32,405 nucleotides of DNA from an uncultured Lachnospiraceae bacterium (lineage in GTDB: Bacteria; Bacillota; Clostridia; Lachnospirales; Lachnospiraceae): contig CAJUHQ010000024.1 of assembly GCA_910586095.1 (NCBI GenBank), forward strand, positions 1 to 32,405. Reading direction: 5' to 3'. Below the pieces are notes generated by a model. That model had not been told where the DNA came from. It worked only from the letters and a program-made list of their open reading frames with translations, and made no database searches. Positions 9,597-19,148 of the stretch are shown here, one piece after another; the first letter of the stretch is position 1; every line of letters begins with the position of its first letter. Made by a program: the position numbers and the translations under genes.

Positions 9597-9632
9597 TAAA
9601 AAACGGTCCCTCGTAAGGAACCGTTTTCTGTA
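9597..9632 (-). terminator. Rho-independent terminator of the MCP gene (bidirectional hairpin aacggtccc...ggaaccgtt plus T-run)
   Basis: A 9-bp GC-rich stem with a 6-nt loop is followed by UUUUU on the minus-strand RNA, 30 nt after the stop at 9664. Confidence 0.7.
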
Positions 9633-9663
9633 TACATATACCTATATAAAGTGCTACATAAAA

Positions 9664-11451
9664 TTAATATTTGCCAAAGTCACCATCTAAAGAAATAATC
9701 TGCTCATTGCTATTGTAGGAAGAAGAGTCAGAGTAAGAACTTGTGTAAGAACTGCTAGAACCAGAGGTAAGCAGTTTGTATTGTCCAATCAAATTCTTTA
9801 ATGTGACAGCTTGATTAGATAACTGTTCGCTGGCAGCCGCACACTGTTCGCTGGTTGCAGCGTTGGTTTGTACTACTGTAGAAACCTGTGAAATTGCCTG
9901 ATCGATCTGTGAAATTGCAGTTGCTTGATCGCTAGAAGATACTGTGATATTTCCAATCAAAACAACAATCTCATCAATAGAATTGACAATTGCACTCAGT
10001 GACTTTGCAGTCTCCTCTACAATCTTTGTACCATTTGCAACTTTATGAATAGAATCTTCGATCATTTCAGCAGTTTCACCAGCAGCAGAGGCACTCTTTG
10101 CAGCTAGATTTCTTACTTCCTCCGCAACGACTGCGAAGCCCTTACCATGTATACCAGCTCTAGCAGCCTCTACTGCAGCATTCAATGCGAGAATATTGGT
10201 CTGGAATGAAATATCATCAATTGTCTTAATAATCTTTGAGATAGTCTCAGAAGACTCGTTAATACTATCCATAGCATCGATCATTGCCTTCATCTGATCG
10301 TTTCCAGATGCTGCCATAATCTTGATATTATTCACTAAAGAACTTGCCTCTGTTGCCTGAGAAGCATTGGCTTTTGTACGCTGTGTTACTTCGTCCATAG
10401 AAGCAGTTACCTGCTGTATTGCGCTAGCTTGTTCTGTAGAGCCCTGAGCCAATGCCTGGCTTGCATTTGCAACCTGCTCAGAACCTACTGTAATCTGTGA
10501 GCCTGCCTCACGAATATTACTTAATAGAGCATTTTCATCTGAAACTAGTTTATATAAAGATTTGCCGAGAACATCTCTGTCACTACGTGGTTTTACCTCA
10601 ACTGTGAAATCACCTTGTGCAAGCAAATCTGTAACGCGAACTTGATCTTTGATGCCATCAACCATGATAGCGAAAGCATCCATTAAATCACCAAGATCAT
10701 CATTGTACATTTTATGGCAGTCAACATCAACATCGCCTAGGGCCAATTTTTTTGCAGCTTCTGAAAGCTTGCGAATAGGAACAGTAATTGTTTTAACTAA
10801 ACGCAATGCATACGCCATTGAAATAAGGATAGAAACAAGAACAACAACAATAACCACTACCTGTAGAGCAATAACTTGTTGCTCTACTACTTTATTATTT
10901 GCATCAGAGAGTTTATCGACTGCCTCTATCAGCTCAAGCAGTTGATTTTCAACATTGTTTGCAATTGCGACACCGCTATGAGTCAGTGCCTCACGCGCTT
11001 GTTCAACATTTCCGTCTTGTGCCATCTGAGCATATTCGGTTGCTGTTTTTATGTACTCGTCCATTTCGTCAACTACTTTGTTGTACTTGCTGGTAATATC
11101 TGCATCAAAAGCATCTAAGCGATTGCGAAACTCTGTTAGATTTTGATGGGTACTCGCATCATACTGAGACATTTCAGCAAGCTGAGCTTGAATCTGTGCA
11201 GGATCGTCTGCATAAATATACAAGATATTGCGCAAGCGTACTTTTAGATCTGCAAAATTGCCATATGCTTCACTTAAATAATATTTTCCCATTGCATAAT
11301 TATTGTAACGTGAAGTACGAACTTTATTAACATTGGATGCACTCCATAATCCGACAGACGCGATCACAATCATCAAAAACAGCATCATAACACCGAAAAA
11401 GATAATTTTGGTTTTTACGGTGGTGCTATTGACAGAAAACTTTTTCTTCAT
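9664..11451 (-). CDS. Methyl-accepting chemotaxis protein (2 TM, extracellular sensor, HAMP, MA domain) with a Ser/Tyr-rich C-terminal tail
   Basis: The start is placed at MKKKFSVN (ATG at 11449-11451, AGGAGAA RBS). The highly conserved signalling-domain motif [12 protein letters not shown] is present. The tail reads [33 protein letters not shown]. Confidence 0.9.
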   Translation of the reverse strand: MKKKFSVNSTTVKTKIIFFGVMMLFLMIVIASVGLWSASNVNKVRTSRYNNYAMGKYYLSEAYGNFADLKVRLRNILYIYADDPAQIQAQLAEMSQYDASTHQNLTEFRNRLDAFDADITSKYNKVVDEMDEYIKTATEYAQMAQDGNVEQAREALTHSGVAIANNVENQLLELIEAVDKLSDANNKVVEQQVIALQVVVIVVVLVSILISMAYALRLVKTITVPIRKLSEAAKKLALGDVDVDCHKMYNDDLGDLMDAFAIMVDGIKDQVRVTDLLAQGDFTVEVKPRSDRDVLGKSLYKLVSDENALLSNIREAGSQITVGSEQVANASQALAQGSTEQASAIQQVTASMDEVTQRTKANASQATEASSLVNNIKIMAASGNDQMKAMIDAMDSINESSETISKIIKTIDDISFQTNILALNAAVEAARAGIHGKGFAVVAEEVRNLAAKSASAAGETAEMIEDSIHKVANGTKIVEETAKSLSAIVNSIDEIVVLIGNITVSSSDQATAISQIDQAISQVSTVVQTNAATSEQCAAASEQLSNQAVTLKNLIGQYKLLTSGSSSSYTSSYSDSSSYNSNEQIISLDGDFGKY

Positions 11452-11473
11452 GGTAAATTCTCCTTTTACTATT

Positions 11474-11980
11474 TTATTCTTCATTATCTTGCATCGTCTC
11501 AAGCATATTCATGTCGTCTTGCTTGATTAGCTTTTCAGGATCAATCAATAGTTTCATTGTATCACCTGTCCGCGCCAAACCATAGACATATTTATTATGC
11601 TCATGATGCCCCAGAGTAGGGGGTGGAATAACATCATCATCCATAATAGTATCTACTTCTGCTATTTTTTCCACAATCAGCCCAATAACGGTTGATTTCA
11701 CATCAATAACGATGATACACGTCCTGTCTGTATATTCCTTTGGCTCCATCTTAAATCGCACACGCACATCAATTACAGGAATAATTTTTCCGCGAAGATT
11801 AATTAGTCCCTTGATATAGTCATCTACTTCAGGTATTGCCGTAATTGGCTGCATGGCAATGATTTCGTTGACATAACTGATACTAATGCCGAAGTACTCT
11901 TTTCCTGTCTGAAAGGTCATAAACTTTCCCTTTTGGGTATCTTCCTCCAACAGTTCTTCTTCTTTCAATTCTTCCGCCAT
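11474..11980 (-). CDS. cheW: Chemotaxis coupling protein CheW
   Basis: 168 aa CheW-like domain ([11 protein letters not shown]...LINLRG). The RBS is AAAGGAGA. The gene is 3 nt downstream of cheA. Confidence 0.85.
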   Translation of the reverse strand: MAEELKEEELLEEDTQKGKFMTFQTGKEYFGISISYVNEIIAMQPITAIPEVDDYIKGLINLRGKIIPVIDVRVRFKMEPKEYTDRTCIIVIDVKSTVIGLIVEKIAEVDTIMDDDVIPPPTLGHHEHNKYVYGLARTGDTMKLLIDPEKLIKQDDMNMLETMQDNEE

Positions 11981-11983
11981 TTG

Positions 11984-14107
11984 CTATCTCCTTTCTTCGT
12001 CAAGTATTAGCCCGCCGATATCCAGAATCAGTGCAATGCTGCCGTCTCCAAGCTGTGTACAGCCAGAGATTCCCTTTACTTTTTTCACATAAGGAGGAAT
12101 AGGTTTCACGACAATCTCCTGTTCTTGGAGGAGGCTGTCAATCAAAACACATACCTGTCTACCTTCATGCTCTAATACGACAACAATTCCATCATCAATA
12201 CTGGTTTGAGAATTTGGCAATTCATATTTTTCATTAAGACGGATAAACGGGAAACAATCACCCCGTAAAACAACATATTCTTCTCCGTTGGGCTCTTGTA
12301 TCAAAGCATCTTCGCCGAGACGAACAAATTGTTTGATAGATGCCGTTTCTATTACAAAGGGAGAATCACCTACTCGTACGATAATACCATTGATAATCGC
12401 AAGTGTCAAGGGAATAACTAGAGTCATTTCTGACCCGTGTCCTAGTTCACTAGTAATGTCAAGTCGTCCGCCGATATCCTGAATATTCTTTACAACTACG
12501 TCCATTCCAACACCGCGTCCTGAATATTCTGTGACGACCTCTTTTGTAGAGAAGCCAGGCAACGTAATAAAACGGTAAATTTCCTTATCCTGAAATTCAC
12601 TGATTGGTTTGTTTTCAATTAGGCCATTGTCTAGAGCCTTTTGGTATAGTTTCTCTTTATCTAGACCTTTTCCGTCATCGCGTACACTAATATAAACTTT
12701 GCCACCTTCGTTTTTGGCTTCCAGCGTAATCTTACCCTTTGCGGGTTTACCAGCAGCGGTACGCTGTTCAGCATTTTCCTCAATACCGTGGTCAACGGAA
12801 TTTCTCACAAGATGCATCAAAGGATCAGAAATATGTTCAATAATATTTTTGTCAACTTCTGTATTTTCACCGACAACTTCAAGTTCAATATCTTTTCCTA
12901 ACTTTCTAGATACATCAAAGACAATACGACGCATTTTCTGGAAAGTATTAGAAAGAGGCATCATACGCATAGACATAATAACTTCCTGGAGTTCAGTAGT
13001 AATTTTAGAAAGTTGTGCGGATGCTTTTTGGAAATTGGTAAGTTCAAGTCCTGGGACTTTTAGATCAGGGTTTTGTAATACAACTGCCTCTGCAATGACA
13101 AGTTCACCAATTAGATCCATCAACGAATCCATCTTTTCTACATTGACACTAATAATGCTCTGCTGTTTAGGTTGATTTTTGGCAAGAGTTTTGCCCTTTC
13201 CAGCTTCCTTAGTCTTTACGACATAATCACCTGGCATAGGAGCAGCTTTTGTTTCTTTTGCTGGTTGAGCATTATCGTCTAAGTTAATCACAATTGGTAC
13301 ATCAGGACGCCCTAAGTGTACAAGATCCTGTCCATATTCCGCAGCAGTAATCTCATCAAAATCAATGGATTCGGCTTCTGAACTGTCAATTAGTTTGAGA
13401 ACCTCTTCCTTGGAAGCTTTTGTTTGTAGATACATGTGAAATCCTTCTACTAGGATAGTATCTGCACTTGCTTCATTAGAGAGAATATCTTCTGGAGTAT
13501 ACAACAGATCTTCTGCTACTCCTTTTAGAGCATAGGTAGCTGAATAAGCTCGAATATTACTCATTTGCGTATCATTCTTATAGTGGATAACAATTCGATA
13601 AAAATGACTGTTTTCTTCTGCTACAGGCATGATATAGAATTGATTTGGTTCCACCTGCTTATTTTCTTTGGGAAGTCGTATCCCTTGCTTTTTAATTTCT
13701 CCCTTGATACGGCTTAAAAACTCATCTAAGTCTTCCACGAGTTTGCTCTCGTCTCCGTCAGGAGTTTCTCCGTTTTTGATTTTATCAAGCTCACTAGTAA
13801 TGAAGTCCGACACAGCAAGCACTTTTTCTACCAATTCCATGTGTGGAACATCTTCGGGATGAGATTCCCTTAAATAATAGAAAATATCCTCTAGTTTATG
13901 GGAGGCTTTGGTGATATTTTCATACATCATTACTCCTGAAGAGCCTTTGATCGTGTGCATGACACGGAAAATATCATTGATGTCGGAATCGTCGAAACAG
14001 TCTGCATCCTGTTTCTCTAAAATGATACCTTCCAGTTTTTCCAGAAGCTGATCGCTTTCATACAAAAACACGGAAAGCATACTTTCTGTGTTAAATTCTT
14101 CTGCCAT
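11984..14107 (-). CDS. cheA: Chemotaxis histidine kinase CheA
   Basis: 707 aa. It has an Hpt domain with HTIKGSSG, a dimerisation/HATPase core (DDGKGLD, GRGVGMDVV) and a C-terminal CheW-like domain. Confidence 0.95.
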   Translation of the reverse strand: MAEEFNTESMLSVFLYESDQLLEKLEGIILEKQDADCFDDSDINDIFRVMHTIKGSSGVMMYENITKASHKLEDIFYYLRESHPEDVPHMELVEKVLAVSDFITSELDKIKNGETPDGDESKLVEDLDEFLSRIKGEIKKQGIRLPKENKQVEPNQFYIMPVAEENSHFYRIVIHYKNDTQMSNIRAYSATYALKGVAEDLLYTPEDILSNEASADTILVEGFHMYLQTKASKEEVLKLIDSSEAESIDFDEITAAEYGQDLVHLGRPDVPIVINLDDNAQPAKETKAAPMPGDYVVKTKEAGKGKTLAKNQPKQQSIISVNVEKMDSLMDLIGELVIAEAVVLQNPDLKVPGLELTNFQKASAQLSKITTELQEVIMSMRMMPLSNTFQKMRRIVFDVSRKLGKDIELEVVGENTEVDKNIIEHISDPLMHLVRNSVDHGIEENAEQRTAAGKPAKGKITLEAKNEGGKVYISVRDDGKGLDKEKLYQKALDNGLIENKPISEFQDKEIYRFITLPGFSTKEVVTEYSGRGVGMDVVVKNIQDIGGRLDITSELGHGSEMTLVIPLTLAIINGIIVRVGDSPFVIETASIKQFVRLGEDALIQEPNGEEYVVLRGDCFPFIRLNEKYELPNSQTSIDDGIVVVLEHEGRQVCVLIDSLLQEQEIVVKPIPPYVKKVKGISGCTQLGDGSIALILDIGGLILDEERR

Positions 14108-14134
14108 ACGTCCTCCATTCTTATCATTCGGCTT

Positions 14135-14527
14135 TTATAGTAGTCCCAACTTTTCTAATACTTTTTCAAACTTCTCTACATCAATTGGTTTTCCCGCATA
14201 AGCTTCACATCCAAGTTCAAAAGCCATCTTTACATTGCGTTCTTCATTGAGCGCTGTTGTCATGATTACTTTAAGACGTTTATTTTTGGGTATTCCTCTT
14301 TGTGCTTCAATGTCACGGATTGCCTTTAATACCTGATAGCCATCCATAACCGGCATCATGACATCAAGACATGCCAAATCATAAGGCTCCTCATCCTCTA
14401 ATGCCATCATGAAAGCGTCTACTGCTTCCTCGCCATCGACCATCACATCACATTCACCATATTGTGACAGCATCTTATCCATAAATTTACGGCTGGCGAA
14501 ATCATCCTCTGCCAATAAAATTTTCAT
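14135..14527 (-). CDS. cheY: Chemotaxis response regulator CheY
   Basis: 130 aa REC with MKILLAEDD, the DVMMP phospho-acceptor, and a conserved Lys in AYAGKP. Confidence 0.85.
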   Translation of the reverse strand: MKILLAEDDFASRKFMDKMLSQYGECDVMVDGEEAVDAFMMALEDEEPYDLACLDVMMPVMDGYQVLKAIRDIEAQRGIPKNKRLKVIMTTALNEERNVKMAFELGCEAYAGKPIDVEKFEKVLEKLGLL

Positions 14528-14645
14528 ATTTTTTCTACTCCTTTCTATAATGTTCTATGGATGCCAAATCGTTGAAACAGTAATGCACCCATGCTGTAGG
14601 ATATGCGCACATAGTATGTTTAATTGCATATCATCACAGTCAAAT

Positions 14646-15668
14646 CTATTTGCTTAACAGGCTGTATACCTTTCCTGCAATAGAAGAAAGTGGTATACGG
14701 TACTGCACTGCACCTATATCATAAGCAACCTTTGGCATGCCGTACACCACACAAGTGGCCTCGTCCTGCCCGATTGTTTGAGCACCAGCGTTGCGCATTG
14801 CTAGCAATCCTTTTGCACCATCGCCCCCCATTCCCGTTAGAATTACGCCGACTGCATTTTTTCCGGCAATTTTTGCAACGGAGTTAAATAAAACTTCTAC
14901 AGATGGGCAATGTCCATTCACTCTGTCAGTACCAGCACATTCTACTTGGTAGGCACCGCCAACTTTTACGAGACGCATATGGCGATCACCAGGGGCGATA
15001 AGAACCTGGCCCTGAAGAACTCTATCACCAGTTTGGGCTTCCTTTACAGCCACTTCACATTGATTGTTCAAGCGGTCTGCATACATTTTTGTAAAACCAG
15101 GAGGCATGTGCTGGACAATAACTACTCCTGGAATGTCGCGCTTAAAATGTTTTACCACATCAAAAATTGCCTCTGTTCCCCCTGTGGATGCACCAATTGC
15201 AACAATGCGATCTCTGTTTGCAGCACTGATAGTTCCTACAATAGAGTTTGGCTCAACGCGCTTTAATTTTCCTACTTTTACAGTGGAAGCAATCTTAATT
15301 TTGGTTGCTAACTCCTGTGCAAAAAAATCGTTTAGTTGCGATTGATTGAGATTGCTGGGTTTGTTCACAAAGTCTACAGCGCCAGCATCTAGTGCATCAA
15401 AAACCTTACCGTTTAAGGCACTAATCATAACAACAGGAAGTGGATATTGAGGCATCAGCTTTTTTAAAAATTCGATTCCACTCATCCTGGGAAGTTCGAC
15501 ATCCAAGGTCATGACATCTGGTTTATATTTTATAATAGCATCCCGCGCTTCGTAAGCATTTTCGGCCTGTGCCACAACTTCAATATGGGGGTCGATCTCC
15601 AGACCTCTTACAAGTAAGCTACGAAACATAATGGAATCATCCACTACTAGTACTCTAATTGGTCTCAT
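14646..15668 (-). CDS. cheB: Protein-glutamate methylesterase CheB (REC + methylesterase)
   Basis: 340 aa. The N-terminal REC reads MRPIRVLVVDDS. The methylesterase domain has GASTGG and the GMGGDG/GMP motifs. Confidence 0.9.
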   Translation of the reverse strand: MRPIRVLVVDDSIMFRSLLVRGLEIDPHIEVVAQAENAYEARDAIIKYKPDVMTLDVELPRMSGIEFLKKLMPQYPLPVVMISALNGKVFDALDAGAVDFVNKPSNLNQSQLNDFFAQELATKIKIASTVKVGKLKRVEPNSIVGTISAANRDRIVAIGASTGGTEAIFDVVKHFKRDIPGVVIVQHMPPGFTKMYADRLNNQCEVAVKEAQTGDRVLQGQVLIAPGDRHMRLVKVGGAYQVECAGTDRVNGHCPSVEVLFNSVAKIAGKNAVGVILTGMGGDGAKGLLAMRNAGAQTIGQDEATCVVYGMPKVAYDIGAVQYRIPLSSIAGKVYSLLSK

Positions 15669-15774
15669 AATAGTTCCCTTACCTCTCTACAGTTTGACTG
15701 TAAAATAGAAATGTGCTCCCACCAAGAAAGTAGGAAATTTCCGTGAGCGTATCATGTACATACAATACAAAAGG

Positions 15775-16578
15775 CTATTTTCTATAAATAGAAGGCTGAA
15801 CATATTGGAATGATGTCTTCTTGCGATCCAAGCCCTCTGTGGTGCCGATAAAAAGATATCCGCCAGGTTCCATAAAATCATATACCTTTTGGATAAGTTG
15901 ATATTTAGTGCTATCCTCAAAATAAATCATAACATTGCGCAGAAAAACAATATGAAATTTTCGACGAAATGGAAATGAATTCATCAGATTGAACTGTCGA
16001 AAAAGAACTTCCTTTTTGAGGTCATCTTTCACTGCATACTGTTCTGCATCTACTGGTTTAAAATATTTTTGTTTCCATCGCTGTGGTAGCGGATCGACAT
16101 CTTCTTTTAGATAAACACCATGCATAGCATGTTTTAATACTCGTTCTGAAATATCAGTTGCTAATACCTTGGTATCCCAATGATTATGTTCGACTCCAAA
16201 GAAATCAAGTAGTATCATGGCTAGCGTGTAAGGTTCTTCTCCAGTGGAGGAGGCGCCACACCAGATACGAAGATCTCTATCGCGCATGGCAACAGATCTT
16301 GCCCAAGGCAAAGCAACGTGTGTCATAAAGTCAAAATGTTCACTTTCGCGCATAAAATATGTATGATTCGTAGTGAGAACATTAACTAGATCTGTGGCTT
16401 CTGTGCCATTGGGGTTTGCTTCAACTTTTTTCATATATTCATCATAATTGGCATAACCATTGCGAACGAGATAATTCTCAAGTCTACCGCCAACCAGAAC
16501 TCTCTTTTTGCTTAAATCAATACCAAACCGTTGTTTCATATATACCACAATACGGTTAAATTCACTGTCTGTAATCAC
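15775..16578 (-). CDS. cheR: Chemotaxis protein methyltransferase CheR
   Basis: 267 aa CheR domains (IWCGASSTGEEPYTLAM). The start codon is GTG at 16576-16578. An AGGAG RBS 5 nt upstream is supplied by the adjacent REP-like element. Confidence 0.85.
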   Translation of the reverse strand: MITDSEFNRIVVYMKQRFGIDLSKKRVLVGGRLENYLVRNGYANYDEYMKKVEANPNGTEATDLVNVLTTNHTYFMRESEHFDFMTHVALPWARSVAMRDRDLRIWCGASSTGEEPYTLAMILLDFFGVEHNHWDTKVLATDISERVLKHAMHGVYLKEDVDPLPQRWKQKYFKPVDAEQYAVKDDLKKEVLFRQFNLMNSFPFRRKFHIVFLRNVMIYFEDSTKYQLIQKVYDFMEPGGYLFIGTTEGLDRKKTSFQYVQPSIYRK

Positions 16579-16683
16579 TGAAACTCCTATCTGCCTACAC
16601 TAGCAGGCATACAAATTAGGAATAACTCCTATCTGCCTGAACAATCGGCATATATAAATCAAGATGGTGAAAAGAATTTTCAT
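16579..16683 (-). repeat. REP/MITE-like element (two degenerate units, reverse orientation) directly abutting the cheR start
   Basis: aactcctatctgcc-TACACTAGCAGG... and aactcctatctgcc-TGAACAATCGG...gatggtgaaaagaattttcat match the ...GGCAGATGGGAGTT / hairpin / CATCCTGATT modules of the other copies. Confidence 0.65.
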
Positions 16684-16704
16684 TAAGACTTCATAAAATT
16701 CCAA

Positions 16705-16912
16705 AAGAAAAACGTTGTCCCCATAAAATCATCTTACAAAGAAAAACATCTGCTCTGCAAAATCAATCTACAAGGAAGAACGTCATCTTACAAAGAAAAA
16801 CATCCACTCCGCAAACCAATTTATAAGGGAAGACGTTATCCAATAAAACCATCTTACAAAGAAAAATTAACTTCAGAAAAATAAGCAAGTCCAAAACAAC
16901 ATCTTATGTCAC
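16705..16912. repeat. Tandem repeat, ~3.5 copies of a 54-66-bp unit (atcttacaaagaaaaacatc...gcaaa..caat.ta.aagggaagacgt)
   Basis: Unit starts are at 16731, 16785, 16851 and partial at 16901. It lies between the mnmG 3' end and the cheR upstream region. Confidence 0.7.
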
Positions 16913-17112
16913 TAAAATTTTAAAAATCAGCAATTAGAGTTGCTTTGTTTTTATATTACTAATAATAAAGCTTTTGTATTTCTTTGTCAATCGTTTCGCG
17001 GGTGGCAACCGCCAAAATTTTCAGAAATTTTCTGGTTTTTTCTAACATTCTGCACTATTTTGGCAAAGTTGGAATATAGTAACATAATATGCTATAATTC
17101 ACACAATAATAC

Positions 17113-19032
17113 TCATTTTTCAGAAACGTGGTGTTCCTTGGCGGCAAGTTCAATCAAAAGAACAGAGATGTCAGCAGGTGAAACTCCACCGATTCGGGAT
17201 GCCTGTCCGACAGAAACAGGACGAAACTGCTTGAGCTTTTGGCGGGCTTCTAATCTAAGGTTAGCGATTCCATCATAGTCTAAGTCAGCGGGAATTTTCT
17301 TTTTTTCCATCTTTTTATACTGTTCCACTTGTTTTAATTGTCGCTGAATATATCCTTCATATTTAATATGGATCTCAACCTGCTCAATGACATCATGAGA
17401 TAGTTTTGGCCTATTGGGATCTAAACTAGCAACCTTTTCATAGGAAAGTTCTGGTCTGCTAATTAACTCTGCCAAAGAGGCAGCAGTCTTTAAACTGGTG
17501 CTGCCCATATTTTCTAGAATGGTTTTGGCATGGCGATTTGCACCAATTTTTATTTGTTGAAGTCGCTCGATTTCTGTGATAATTTGTTTTTCTTTTTCAC
17601 AGGTTTGATGATATTGTTGTGCGGTGAGAAGTCCCACCTCATAACCAATTTGGCGTAGACGCAAATCAGCGTTGTCCTGACGAAGCAGGAGTCTGTACTC
17701 TGCGCGGGAAGTCATCATGCGGTAAGGTTCTGTATTTTCTTTTGTCACTAGGTCATCAATTAGTACACCGATGTAAGCTTGGGAACGATCAAGTACAATA
17801 GGTTCTTTTTTCTGTATAGAACGCGCGGCATTGATTCCTGCGATCAAGCCTTGTGCGGCCGCCTCTTCATACCCACTGCTGCCGTTGAATTGGCCACCGC
17901 TAAACAGTCCTTGTATAGACTTAAATTCTAGAGTGGCATAAAGTTGATTGGGATTAATACAATCATATTCGATGGCATATGCATTTTTTACAATATGGCA
18001 GTGTTCAAGTCCAGGAACGGTTCTGTACATAGCAAGTTGTACGTCTTCTGGCAAAGAGGAGCTCATGCCCCCTACATACATTTCATTGGTGTAGAGTCCC
18101 TCAGGTTCGATAAAGACTTGGTGGCGTGGTTTATCTGAAAATTTTACCACTTTATCCTCAATAGAGGGACAGTAGCGTGGACCTGTACCTTCAATAATTC
18201 CAGCGTAAATGGGGGAACGATCCAAGTTAGCACGTATAATTTCATGGGTTTTTTCGTTAGTGTATGTTAGCCAACAAGAAACCTGGTCAATCTGCACATC
18301 TTTTGGATCTGTCGAGAAAGAAAAAGGGACTACTTGCTGATCGCCAAACTGTTCTTCCATCTTAGAAAAATCAAGAGAACGTTTGTCCATTCTAGCAGGC
18401 GTGCCTGTCTTAAACCTGCGCATTTCGATACCCAGTGAAGCAAGACTGTTTGTGAGTGCATTGGCGGCCTGTAGACCATTGGGTCCAGTATATGTGATAG
18501 TCTCCCCACACAGGCAGCGTGCGCGCAGATAAGTTCCTGTGCAAAGCACGACTGCTTTAGCTTCATAAATGATACCTGTATGAGTTCGTAAACCAGTTAT
18601 TCTTTTTTGGTACAGGCAATCTGTCTTGTCTAAATCTTGGGCAAAAAGTTCCACAACCTCTGATTGTTTGATGGATAAATGTGGCTGATTCTCAAGCACT
18701 TTTCGCATGGCGCGCGAATAGTTGGCCTTATCAGCTTGTGCTCGGAGTGAGTGGACCGCAGGTCCTTTTGAGATATTGAGCATCTTAGATTGTATGAAAG
18801 TCTGATCGATGATTTTGCCCATCTCACCGCCTAATGCATCCACCTCCCGAACCAAATGTCCTTTTGATGATCCGCCAATATTGGGATTGCATGGCATCAG
18901 AGCAATACTATCTACACTTACTGTAAAAATAACGGTTTCTAATCCTAGACGCGCACAAGCCAGTGCCGCCTCACAACCGGCGTGCCCAGCGCCAACTACG
19001 CACACATCTACTTTTTCCCTTATTTCAGACAT
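17113..19032 (-). CDS. mnmG: tRNA uridine 5-carboxymethylaminomethyl modification enzyme MnmG (GidA)
   Basis: 639 aa. FAD-binding N-terminus [21 protein letters not shown]. Full-length similarity to MnmG, including the C-terminal helical domain. Confidence 0.95.
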   Translation of the reverse strand: MSEIREKVDVCVVGAGHAGCEAALACARLGLETVIFTVSVDSIALMPCNPNIGGSSKGHLVREVDALGGEMGKIIDQTFIQSKMLNISKGPAVHSLRAQADKANYSRAMRKVLENQPHLSIKQSEVVELFAQDLDKTDCLYQKRITGLRTHTGIIYEAKAVVLCTGTYLRARCLCGETITYTGPNGLQAANALTNSLASLGIEMRRFKTGTPARMDKRSLDFSKMEEQFGDQQVVPFSFSTDPKDVQIDQVSCWLTYTNEKTHEIIRANLDRSPIYAGIIEGTGPRYCPSIEDKVVKFSDKPRHQVFIEPEGLYTNEMYVGGMSSSLPEDVQLAMYRTVPGLEHCHIVKNAYAIEYDCINPNQLYATLEFKSIQGLFSGGQFNGSSGYEEAAAQGLIAGINAARSIQKKEPIVLDRSQAYIGVLIDDLVTKENTEPYRMMTSRAEYRLLLRQDNADLRLRQIGYEVGLLTAQQYHQTCEKEKQIITEIERLQQIKIGANRHAKTILENMGSTSLKTAASLAELISRPELSYEKVASLDPNRPKLSHDVIEQVEIHIKYEGYIQRQLKQVEQYKKMEKKKIPADLDYDGIANLRLEARQKLKQFRPVSVGQASRIGGVSPADISVLLIELAAKEHHVSEK

Positions 19033-19063
19033 GTTTTTATGCTTCCTTCCTGTTTGTTTTATG

Positions 19064-19092
19064 ATACTATGTATGCTTCTTCAGATTGTAAA
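19064..19092 (-). promoter_or_regulatory. Candidate sigma-A promoter for mnmG (-35 TTTACA, 17-nt spacer, -10 TAGTAT on the minus strand)
   Basis: The reverse complement reads TTTACAatctgaagaagcatacaTAGTAT. It lies ~30 nt upstream of the mnmG RBS/ATG, in the 116-bp gap after the MVP-like gene. Confidence 0.4.
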
Positions 19093-19117
19093 GGAAAATG
19101 AAATTTTTGTAAATGTT

Positions 19118-19146
19118 CTGTTTCACAGAGAAACTCTAAGTCTCAC
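19118..19146. repeat. 29-nt direct repeat copy A (ctgtttcacagagaaactctaagtctcac), immediately 3' of the MVP-like gene stop
   Basis: Identical to 21745-21773 on the other side of the gene, and followed by (g)atcatga in both copies. Confidence 0.8.
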
Positions 19147-19148
19147 GA

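Noticed and set aside
9310-9690. 126-aa plus-strand ORF
   Set aside because: It spans the REC-gene start, the nested inverted-repeat element and the MCP terminator. Its composition is biased by AT-rich hairpin arms, and it has no RBS. It is a frame artefact.
12699-13175. Opposite-strand ORFs inside cheA. The same judgement applies to 10649-11118 in the mcp, 14690-15345 in cheB, 17944-18827 in mnmG, 19827-21513 in the MVP gene, 22314-22850 in MCP-2 and 23909-24137 in the SBP gene
   Set aside because: All are antisense ORFs embedded in long, well-supported genes. They show low-complexity S/T/P-rich translations typical of the antisense of GA-rich coding sequence and have no RBS.
15687-15920. 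77-aa ORF overlapping the cheR 3' end
   Set aside because: It is an alternative frame of the cheR/cheB junction. It has no RBS, and the intergenic region is explained by the cheB RBS.
16620-16660. Sigma-D (sigma-28) flagellar-type promoter for the che operon
   Set aside because: A GCCGATTG-like -10 can be read on the minus strand, but there is no TAAA -35 at the required 15-nt spacing. The motif also lies inside a REP-like repeat unit, so I do not call it.
16705-16912. Possible CRISPR array (regularly spaced repeats)
   Set aside because: The repeats are contiguous 54-66-bp units with no unique spacers of uniform length between them. The consensus has no palindromic core, and there are no cas genes. 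This is a minisatellite-type tandem repeat, not a CRISPR.
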